Below the pieces are notes generated by a model, which was not told where the DNA came from, made no database searches, and worked only from the letters and a program-made list of their open reading frames with translations. DNA of 63,494 bases, counting the filler, from Dugesia japonica (Eukaryota), in assembly GCA_001938525.1 (NCBI GenBank). It is 6 parts of 6 records of this genome, joined end to end, with 100 filler letters (N's around TTAATTAATTAA, not from the genome) between each part and the next. Parts side by side here need not be neighbours in the genome. Positions count along the whole stretch, not along the records: positions 31,779 to 40,697 come from MQRL01487418.1; positions 40,798 to 54,606 come from MQRL01495362.1; 4 more parts are not named here. The stretch is one strand, 5' to 3'. Position 1 is the stretch's first letter. Every line of letters begins with the position of its first letter. This document shows positions 39,518 to 50,436 of the stretch, piece by piece. The position numbers were made by a program, and so were the translations under genes.

Positions 39518-40697
39518 ATTTAGATATTATCATGAAAGCTCAACGAAATTCGGTGATGCTATTTGGTAATATTATTTATTATAAACATTCTTTATAATCA
39601 GTGGGCATAACTATTGATTGAAATATTGTATTTCAATATTCAATAAATAGCAGAATTATTTCATTAATTTCTTGTTTTGATGGATTACGCTCTGAAATTT
39701 TTCAAATGATCAAAATAATCAAAAAAATTAATAAAATAAACATTTTATTTATGCAAAGTTAATTATGGAAATGAAAAAAATAAAACATTACATTAAATAT
39801 AATATAAAGAAAATAAAGATTTTAAACATATTATTGGTAAACACACANNNNNNNNNNNNNNNNNNNNNNNNNNNNNNNNNNNNNNNNNNNNNNNNNNAAA
39901 AAATATAAATCAAAAATTTAAATTATTTGTAAAATCAATAAATAATAATTATAATAAATAATTTATTTGGAAAATTAAATTAATTTAAAATATTTTTTCA
40001 GGAAAATCAAAATAATTTTCCCTTTTTATGTGGAATCTGAACAAAACGTTAATAAACCTTTTGTTCTGTTTTTAATTGAAAAGTAATCTATCTATTGCAG
40101 AGCACTTGTAAATATTAAATGCAAAGAACTAATTTTTGAGGGAAAAAAGTATTAACAACTAATTAAATACAATTAAAAAACTTTGAAAAGTTTGAGAAAG
40201 AAAATTAAGAATAAAAGTAAACTTTTGGATCGGGGTTTAAATAAGCAAAATTGAAAGAAATGAGAAAGAAGATTGTAAAAATTTTCAAAGAAATAATAAA
40301 TTAATATAAAATTTGCTATTGTGGAATAATTATAGCGAGGCTAAAATTAAATGTTCTACGTGTATATTTTTGATTGTTAAAACAGTATTGCTAGACGATA
40401 ATCATTGTAAATTTTATTGAAGTAGCTATTATTGTAAATTTTAGAATTGTATAATTTATCGTAAGCTTTTATAACGCTTTAAATAATACTTCTTTAATTT
40501 AAATAATTTATGGAATGACAATTTGGCAATTGTCAAACTTCAGTTTCAAATTTCTATATTATTAATTTGTTGAAAAATTGGTTCAGATTATCTATATATC
40601 GTAGTGTAAAATTTTACAATACATTAAAATTCAATAGTGTAAAATGGTTAGTAAGGAAGATACATTGAGTAACATAGAGGTGCGTACTACTCATCAT

Positions 40698-40797
40698 NNN
40701 NNNNNNNNNNNNNNNNNNNNNNNNNNNNNNNNNNNNNNNNNTTAATTAATTAANNNNNNNNNNNNNNNNNNNNNNNNNNNNNNNNNNNNNNNNNNNN
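40698..40797. other. Artificial contig linker
   Basis: 44 N + TTAATTAATTAA + 44 N. Confidence 0.95.
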
Positions 40798-42064
40798 ATT
40801 TTATAAGTCATAACGCTTTTTGCAACATTTGTACACCACCTAAAATATGGCCATTCTTTACTATTAAAATAATGTCTATGTCTCATTTCAATATTATTAT
40901 TTATAAAATCTTCTTCGTCTTTATCAATACTTTTCATTAAATTATCAAATGATAAATCCAAATCATTAAAACAATTTTGAACTATTGACCGGGCCACTTT
41001 AGATTGCATATAACTATGATTAAAAGGAGTGATTTCATAACCTAGTCCAATCATAAAAAAACTATTGGGAAAATAGGGATTAATTAAATGTTTATAAAGA
41101 GGTCGAACATAAGTATTGTCATATTTTAATCCAATTTTATCACTAAGAAAACTGAGATCGATTTCATAACCGGTACAAAATATTATCACATCAACATCAT
41201 ATTTGGATCCATCTGTTAAACAAATTGAACCTTGAAGATCTATATGTGATATTCTGACAGTTTCAATGAAATTATTTTTTTCAGTTTTCCACATTAGTTT
41301 TGGTCCACTATGTGATAAATACACCTAAAATTATTATCAATTATAAATTTAAATAATTAGAATATTAAAAAAAGCAGGGGAAATCTTATTATGAACTTTT
41401 ATTTTGATGAACTTAATAATAATTTACAGTCTAGTAGGAGGAAAAAGAAATAAATAAATAAAATTTACATTTAATGAATTTCTCTATTTTAATTTTATTG
41501 TAAATCTTATATATGCTATCATTGTTTTTATGAGTGCTGTTCCGAATATACCATGTCCAAGTAGGTAGATAGTGGCGCACCAGATCAACCAACTCCATGT
41601 CGGGAACAATTTTTGTCGACGAGTTTTTAAAAAAAATTTATAAATTATTATTTTAAAAATTATTCTTACCATTTATTTGATAGAGAAATTTTCGTTCATT
41701 GTGAATAACATGGTTAAAAAATACCAAACACTGTACATAAAAGGTTAATACAATAAAATAAGTACTTAATATTTGTTACTCCCCAGGAACATTAGATATA
41801 TTAATTTTAAATGACTAAATTTTAAATAAGTTAAATATTAGAACTTTCTAGAATAAATTATGTGTTTTACTGTATCAATTTCATTTTATTATACACTTAT
41901 GTCGTAAAAACATAAAAAAACATGTCTTAAAAACATATACGTTTGATTTTTGTTATTATTCATTATTTTTAAAATGAAGGTAGAAACTTTTACAAATGAA
42001 AATTTTTCTTCGATGGTTCTCAAATATAGAAAACCTCAGAACTTTCACAGACATGAAATGGTTT

Positions 42065-42350
42065 TCTTCAAGAAACAATGTTGTCTACTAGGTTTTGTTA
42101 ACCATTGTTGATATTGAATTATGTTGTAGATAATATTCCTTGATAAACTTGATAGGTGAGAGGCTATTGATGGATAATAAAATGCAAATGTTTAGTATAT
42201 GTCAGGTTTATGGGATACCGCTATCTAATATTCTCCAAAATTGGATGACTGAGTATTGATGATTAAGGCTTTATTAGCTGGAATATACGGAATTTTGCCT
42301 ACTGAAAATACTCCTAACCATGCTGATCCAAACTATTCTTTTCCAATTTT
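42065..42350 (-). mobile_element. Polinton adenain-type (adenovirus-like) cysteine protease fragment, inside an FMO intron
   Basis: Minus strand FGSAWLGVFSVGKIPYIPANKALIINTQSSNFGEY*IAV ... YNIIQYQQWLTK..RQHC resembles Polinton PRO GVF..D.LP....IINTD....PGEHWVA ... N..QYQ...S..CG..C. Confidence 0.65.
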
Positions 42351-43689
42351 ATTGACCTTGTGAGTATCGATTCATGAATTTCAGATGTCTGAGATTTTTT
42401 ATATTTAATATTAAGATTGGTTTTTTTGAAATTTTTTAAATATAAAATTTTAAAAATTATAAAGTTGAAAAATAAATAAATATATATGTAAAACAAAGAT
42501 AATTTAAATTAAAGCTAAAATTTTACATGGTGTTAAATTATAAAATTTTAAAAATTATTTTCTAAAATGAGGTTTAAAAATAATTATTTTNAAATTTAAA
42601 AAACTAATTTTTTAAAAAAATATTTTATTAAGATTTCTCAGATTATTTGTTTGAAATTTGTGAAATGTTATTTCATATTTTTATTTTTAAGAAAAGACTT
42701 GTAATAATCAATAAACAATTTATGGAGACTTGTGAGACTTTAAATTTAACTAATAGACCTGAATTGAACTAGTTAAATAATTTAATTAATTAAAAAAAAT
42801 CAAAATTTCATTATTAACGCTTTATAACACTGAGATTATTTAAACCAATAATTTTTCTTTTGAATCTAATTAGAATTTCATGAAGTCCTTTCGAGTCTTG
42901 TCAAGAACCCTTACGTGAACAGGCAACATAGTATCATTCAAATCCAAATATTCAATTTGCGATCCATTTATAAAATACTCTACATCATGTGTACTTTCAG
43001 AAATCTTATTCATGAGAAAGACAGCTTCAAATACTCTATATTTATAAACAACTTGAGATGATGAACAGTTGAAAATATACAATTCAGTTTTTCCACAAAT
43101 AATTAATCAAATATGGTTCTACATCTTTTCAATCGTTTGTTTATACCTGATAAGATAGAATTCTTACTTTTTATTTCAGTGCCTTTAGGATTTTTGTCAA
43201 TTTTTGGTTTGGACATCATTTTTGAAAGTTCACACGAATCCATAAAGTCATTGAACTCAGCCATTGTATTTAATTTTAATGTTGAATGTTTTCCCAGAGC
43301 ATATTAATGTTAATATTCTCCGAGCAATATTATTATTAATATACTCTACACAATATTAATGTTCGATATTAATCACGATGTTCGCCTCAGACTTGAGACT
43401 AAATACTTAGCCCATATTTGCATACAATTTGTTCAGAATTACTTTTTGTTTCCTACTCTCACTGTTGAACTCCTACTTTCACTGGTTTTCTCTCGTTCTT
43501 CGATAATCTTCGCTGTCGCTTACCGTTTTTCTCTCACGGTTCACGATCGTCAATCTCACTGGTTTTTTCACTCTTTACTCGTCTTCACTTTTTCGTATTA
43601 GTTTTCCCGCTCTTCGTTGGTCTTCCCACTCACTTACTAGCTTTTTTACACTTTCCACTGCTTTTATCTCTTTTTTACTTCTGTATTCA

Positions 43690-44430
43690 ATAACTTTCAA
43701 GAATTACGTAGAAGATAATAAAACCTCTAAGTCAACACATAACAATTCTAACCAGCAAGTTAAATTTATAATCTACCACACTAAAACTTTAGTTCATCAC
43801 ATTGAAATTTCCAAGTAAACGCTTCAAATTATATTCCATCAGATTAAATTCTATGTAAACACATAAAATGTCTAACCCATCACAATACAATAGTATTCAA
43901 TAACACTAAAATTGTATTCCATCATATAAAAATTACATTTCATCACATTAAATTCTAAGCCAACATGTGAAATACAGGATTCAACATTTCAACATGGAAA
44001 ATAATCACTTTTTCATGGAAAACTATAGTTTCAACCAGAAAATAGACACTTCATCATAGAATATGCAAGTCTCATCATGTAAAATACTTGAGTCATCATA
44101 GAAAATACCAGATTCATCATAAAATTTAAAGACATAAAAAAATAAAATATAGGTCTCATCAGTGAAAATAAAACTGTCATCATAGAACTTAAATAAACAA
44201 CACCTAAAATACATAAAAAATAAAATAGAAGTTTCATAAATCAAATTTATTTGGTTTAAAATTGTAATTTAAAGTTCATAAGCTTCAAATTCATAAGATT
44301 TAGAATTTATCAACTTAAAATTAATGTAAATTAAAATTTATCAGCTTAAAATTAATATTATTTAGAATTAATCCGCTTAAAATTATTATGAATTAAAATT
44401 TATCAGTTGAAAATTAATATGATTTAAAAT
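43690..44430. repeat. Diverged ~21-bp and ~30-bp minisatellite arrays
   Basis: Recurring catcat(a/c)...aaaata unit (related arrays at 6150-6380 and 24870-25070), then a ttaaaattaatat..tt.gaatttatcagc unit. Confidence 0.65.
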
Positions 44431-44529
44431 ATTTAATTATTAATTTATAATTAATAATTAGATTTTCTGTTTAGTCAGGTTAAATTAAAAATAAAACTGA
44501 CTATAAATTAGTCTATTATTATTATTTTA

Positions 44530-44695
44530 CAATTGAAATTGAATAATTGTTGAACATAACCATTGATCGTTTTTCAGAATTCAGTTAAAATAAAAGCTTC
44601 AATCAAAATTTATTTTTAGATTAATTCAATTTTATATTAGTTAATCAAAGAAAACCAAAAAAACAAATTTTGATCGGAGCTTTTATTTTAAATGT
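44530..44695. repeat. Fold-back family copy without a core
   Basis: Inverted family tail plus taaaataaaagcttcaatcaaaattt / aaattttgatcggagcttttattta. Confidence 0.55.
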
Positions 44696-47036
44696 ATTAT
44701 TATAAAGAAATTATTTTGTTTAATCGTATTATAGGGTTTTAACTTATATTTTGACATTTTTAATTTATATTTTGACAATGGCTATTTAATAAAACAATAT
44801 AGTCTAATTTAATGATATTTTTGAAGCATTGCAAAAAATTAAATATGTGCGACATTTTTTAAAACTAATCGTTTATTACTTAATGATTTCAACTCCTTCG
44901 AATATATCAAAACATATTACGCTAATATCCAACACAATCATAACTGGTTATTAAATTATTTCTCGCCATGATTATCTTTGTTTTATTTTTAAAACAAAAT
45001 ACTATTAATTAAAAATGTCAAAATATAAGTTAAAATCTTATAAGTCAATACGTTCGAAATGAAATAATGTATGCATAGATTGCATATATAAGCAGGATGC
45101 ACACAGATTATTTTTTCATTATTTCGTCATTTTACCAATATCAAGTAAGATTTTTATTGCATTTGTTATATGTTTAATTTTATTTTAGATTATTTATGAA
45201 AACTTGAAATGAATTATGATAGGTATAATTAGAAATATGAAAATGTATTCTGAACTATAGTCAATGTTATTGGAAATATGAAAACTTTGAAATTTCCTGA
45301 ACTATGATAATAAGTAAGAATTAATCTTTATTTAAATTAAATGGTAATAATTTTTGAATTGATTTTTATTTACACGTTAATGATTTCATTTTAAGTTGAC
45401 AATCTTTATAATTAACAATGTCTTTTAAATTAATATTTTAATTTTCAGATAATTTTATAAGATATGAATTCTTAATGACTTGAATTCCTTTTATGAATTA
45501 TGATTAATATTGTTGAAAATATGAAAACTTATGAATTTTGATAATAAGTAAGGAATTAATTTTTATTTAGTGCTTTATTAATAATTTTGATTAAATAATG
45601 GTTTTCTTTAATGGTTATAATTTTTAAAATTATTTTCTTTAATAATTTAACTTACTTAATGTTTAGTAATGCTTTTCTTTAATGATAAATAGTAATGATT
45701 TTCTATAATTTTATTTAAAGATTTATTTAATATCAAGCATTGAATTGGTAACAGTTGACTTTGAATTCTTTACCATTTTGCGGATCTGTGTCTAGCCAAA
45801 TATTGGTGTTGACTACTAAATGTTTTTAGCTCATAAAGGTTAAACAGTTGTAGTGGTGCACATTTCAGACCGTATGTGAACAAGCAGAAGCAAAATACCC
45901 AGAGATGCACATACTATAGTCAAGCTTAATCTAGTTAAAACCTCATAAACTAATTGATAAGTTATGAGTAGATTCATTTATAAGCTAACGGAACTAAATG
46001 AAAACATTCTGTTGAACAGTACATGTTTGATGAGGTAATGTAATGGTATGGAAGGACAACAAAACTGTTATTGAAAAAATGTATGAAAATAGTTTTAAAG
46101 TATATTATTGATAATAATTTAACTCAAACATAAAAAATTAAGACTGATTTACCTTGAGATAGTAACCGTTTCGTCAAGTTTTGAGTCAGGTAGCATCTAA
46201 TAGTACGAGACAGTGAACATCTAATGTCGAGGGAAATAATTAATTATGAAACCGGAAGCATCAAATTGTATTGTTTCTTATGAACATCTCGTAGTTTGAA
46301 CCATGGAGAAACTAATAGTATCAACCCACGAACATCAAATAGTATGAAAGCTGAGCAGCTAATGTTGAAAGGAGAATAGTGTTCTAGTGCGCAACTATAT
46401 ATCTACTCTTATTCAAGTTTTATAAATATCTAGCTAAACTTTGAAAAGTCACACTATCCTTACAAAAGATATTTTAAAATAATATATCGTAACAGAAATA
46501 AAAGTTGAATACCTTGTTAGACACATTTCATAATTCAAGAGCAATATCCATATCAGAAGACCTAGCTCCGATAACAAAAACGTTTTTATTTGCATATTTC
46601 TCAGGAACACGATAATATGAATTAATTCACCATCAAAATTTTCAATATCTTTAATTTTAGGAATGTGAGGCTTTTCGAAATGTCTAAAAAAGTAATAATA
46701 GTTTATTTTTACTAGTTTATAATTAATGATAAATTAATGATATTTAATTTATTAAGTAGCAAGGGAAATGAAAATAAACTACAAAATTTAATAATTTCTT
46801 AACCAATTAAAAATTATTTTAATTAAAGTAATTCGAATTGTATTTCTATAAAGATTTTGTGGCTAGAATGAATAGAAAATTCGTTCTTGATGAAAACTAT
46901 GTCAAAATATTGAACAATCCGAGAAAATAGAAAAACAACAATATTGATTTTTGGAATTTGAAAAATTTTATTTGATAATTACAAATCAATAGTTAACAAT
47001 TGAAACAATTTTAATATAACTTAAAATAACTAACAC

Positions 47037-47398
47037 AAGTAGATAGTGGCGCCAAACCCCACTTGGTTTTTAACCCAATTAACGATGGAAAAAATTTTAA
47101 AAAAGAGAGGATAAATTTTTAAAAATAAAATTAAAAATGGTTTTAAATTTTTAAAAAAAATGGTTCAAATTTTTTTGTTTTTCAAGTAGTACCTACTATT
47201 AAATTAAAAGTGGGATTTAATTTTTAAAAATAAAAAAATGTGGTTTTTAATTTTTTCAACATAAATCAAAAGTGGTGTTAAATTTTTAGATAGTGGCTCA
47301 TAACTCCACTTGGGTTTTAACCCAATTAAAGCCCAAATTTTCCAAATGCTTAGAAAAGATGAGACTAGTTTAGTGATGTTATGCGTCACTATCTACTT
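47037..47398. mobile_element. MITE with AAGTAGATAGTGGCGC terminal inverted repeats
   Basis: 47037-47052 matches the reverse complement of 47383-47398 at 15 of 16 positions; internal direct repeat ccacttgg.ttttaacccaattaa. Related termini at ~8920, 9213, 36233 and 41563. Confidence 0.7.
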
Positions 47399-47635
47399 AC
47401 TTTATTACTTAATTTTACCTCTTCTTCTTTTTTATTAGAATTTTTCTCCAACAGTAGTATACGAGCATCCACTTGCTTTTATGAAAGCAAGTCACAAGCT
47501 CTATTTAAAATATCCGACAACAAATACCGTATCTAAATTTCAGTGGTTTTTCTAGGATCTAATAAAACCTTAGGACATCAGAACAACTAAATAAAGCTTT
47601 AGTAGAAGCAAAGATACTACTATTACTACTACTAC

Positions 47636-47675
<40 letters not shown>

Positions 47676-48289
47676 CAACAAGTATCAATAGATACTTACC
47701 CATTACAAACGAAAACAACATCTAACCATTTTTTAAACGTAGTCTGAGATTTTAAACATTTAATCATTATTTTCCATTTAGTACAAGAGTTAAAATGTGG
47801 TAAAATTATTAATTTTTTGTTTAAATTACACGAAATTAATGATGTTTAAGCTTAGTTGCCCCCGGCAAATTTTAATAGTAGTTTGGCCGGGCAATGTTAA
47901 CATCAATATTCATATCCTCCGGACAACTTAAATATTAGATGTTTCTGGGTTCATACTTTGTGATGTCTGTTAGAAACATTAGTTGTTAAAGCGTTCAAAC
48001 TATGAGATGTCTGTAGGTTCTCCCTTTCGTCTATAACCGATATTAGATGCTCCCTGACATACTATGTAACATAATATGTTCCACGATCCATTAATATTAG
48101 TTGCTCTTCAACAATATTAACACCAACTTTAATCGCTCTCCGACATAATAACAATAAAATAATAAAATCAAAACACTAATTACATTGGAAAACTTTATTA
48201 TATAAAATGATAAAAAATTTGATAAAGTCAATTCAATAAACGTTAGCTCAATTATGATCAGTTTAATAGATTTTTAATGCGATTTGATT

Positions 48290-48640
48290 AGTTTCTTCAT
48301 CTGATTACTAAATAATAAAATAAATTTATAATAAGTTGTAACAATCTAGATATAAATTTGTGTGTAAAGTCTGTATCTTTTAATTTTATCCTCTTAGCCT
48401 TTATGATGTTATTTTTAATAAGGAGACTGTAAAAATTTAGTTTCAGAAAACCCATTCCTTGTATTTCTTGCATTTCTTTTGTCTTTGAATTATCTGCCAC
48501 TTAGTTTAGCTTGTTGTTGTAAAGCGGCTGCTCTACACTATAATTTGAAGTGTATAATAACCCGTTTTAAACCATCAATTCTAATAATCTCTCATAACTA
48601 GTAGCTATCAATTCCAGGAAAAAGCTGCTAGTATAGCCTG
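48290..48640 (-). mobile_element. polB: Third Polinton PolB C-terminal fragment
   Basis: LDTSY... and FLKLNFYSLL...KAKRIKLKDTDFTHK are homologous to 34430-34650. Confidence 0.7.
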
Positions 48641-49975
48641 CCATTATATTTTTTGGAGTTTCATCTGGATCGGTGACTCTAACTTATGACTGGGGATCCG
48701 TCACACAGCAGATTCCCACTAAAAATTTAATCTAGCGTCCCTGTGCTAGATTTCAGAATGAAGCCGGTGACTCATAAACCGTAATTCGAGTGCTTGCTCA
48801 CATTCCCTTGGTTCGGGTTCCTTATTCCTTTTATTTTAATCATATAAGAGACAATATAACAAGAGTGGTTATGTTAAAACATTTATTTCTACATTCATAT
48901 TTACATCTACAATTGGGTCGAAGACTCGTCATTAAAATTAAATGTGGCCTCATATTCCTGATCATTCTACTGACTGATTGCCAGGGTGCTGCGTCTAGCG
49001 GCCAGATCCGCAATATACTGATTCATGAACGCTACCTTACGGAATAATCTGTTTGTGGTAGCGATCAATAATTCTTTTTAAACACCGTATCTAGTTTCCT
49101 AATGATTTGGTTTTCTCGTTCTATTTGCCTAAGTAGCATGCGCTCGCGTTGCTTAGCATATCGGTGTTCCAGTTGCAATCCTCATAATAGTCTGTGACAT
49201 TTATAGAAGCATTGTGGTAATTAATTAAGAGACACTAGAAATTAACAAAATAAATTTAGATAATAAGTAAGACTATATTTTCAATTTTCACAAAGAACAC
49301 ATAAGAGTCTAAATGTTCAAATACCATTTACAAAAGTTGTAATGTAAATCAGTATTCAGTCTGGGTTGACTTATCAATGAACAAAGGGTCAAGTAGTATT
49401 TGAGTTTTCAGTTTTTATATATTCTTAACCTATTGGTTTTTCCGTTCATAGAGCTGCTTTATTAGTGTGACAAATGTGTTTACTTGGGCTTTCAATAACC
49501 GTTATTGGGCGTGTGAGAGGGCAGCTTTCCCCCAGAACTCACAAAATCGTCGTTTGTAAGTATTATTTTTGCATTTTCAGAGGCTACTTGCGCTTTCCAA
49601 TTCCTCTTGGCTCGCCGGTACAACTTTCAAGTTATCTATTGATCATCACTGTTCTCGTTTTGTTGCTTACGTATAGTGGTGGTAGGTTTGGCTTTATTCG
49701 TGTTTACTAAAATAAAAGAAAACTTAGTTAGTAATTTATTCATCGATATTTATCTGGGTTTTATTTAGCAAAACAAAAAGGAAAAAAGAGGCTCGAATGT
49801 CATAGGACAATTATTTCACTTAATTCTGTGGGAATGTATCCATACCAGTAAGAGTTCCTCAGTTCATAAAATAAATAAAAAATAATCAACTACTACTTCA
49901 CAATCAGAAAAAATGTTGAATGAACAAAAGTCGAAACATTAATATTTCATTTGACAACACAACTAAAGTAATTAT

Positions 49976-50436
49976 CTAGTAATTAGGTTTCCCAATCAGT
50001 GGGTGATCATCAAAATCTTCCGTGAAAAAAGAGGTGGGAGAAGCAGGAGAGTGTAATAGTTGGCATGGGTCAATATCGATGGTTATAACTTTCAAAGCTC
50101 TCATCGGCGCTGTACCTAATATTCTGAAGGTATATTTTTCCGATCCACTAGGATGCCCACATCCCGGCGGAATGGGTTCCATAATCGCTAGAACACGACG
50201 CAACCGTTTACCAAAATGAAGATACTTCAAGTGTATTGCCTGTTCGTTCTAGTAAAATTAATAAAATTTAGGCAAACGACTATAAAAGATAAAATATTAT
50301 TGTCAAGACAACAAAACTCTTTTATTATGGTGTGGTAGTGATTCCAAAGGGAACATTTCAACGAAACACACCAAATCAGTCTCGTCGGGGTGTTCCACCG
50401 TATCCGGGTAGAGTTCATAGAGAACCAATTCCTGTT
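49976..50436 (-). CDS. Orphan two-exon ORF (50436-50318, 50248-49976), 5'-interrupted by a gypsy LTR
   Basis: A 69-nt GT..AG phase-0 intron (50317-50249) joins QELVLYELYPD...HHNKR to NEQAIHLKYLHFG...IGKPNY*, about 130 stop-free codons. GC is higher than in the flanks. No family recognised. Confidence 0.5.

Larger units (their letters stand above)
40798..47850 (-). pseudogene. Flavin-containing monooxygenase (FMO GS-OX/Fmo-like); exons ~47850-47700, 46683-46513 and 41324-40798; disrupted
   Basis: Spliced reading WLDVVFVCNG|HFEKPHIPKIKDIENFDGELIH../YRVPEKYANKNVFVIGARSSDMDIALEL*NVSNK|VYLSHSG...DVDVIIFCTGYEIDLSFL...PLYKHLINP...MIGL. All junctions are GT-AG with consistent phases. The middle exon has a frameshift, a TGA and a mutated GxGxxG. 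The last exon runs into the linker. Confidence 0.88.

Noticed and set aside
44023-44244. Hydrophobic repetitive ORFs on the minus strand
   Set aside because: Translation of the 21-bp minisatellite.
48640-49900. GC-richer block with several TGTGAC starts, possibly further LTRs
   Set aside because: No paired LTR, PBS, PPT or TSD could be fixed, so boundaries are unsupported.
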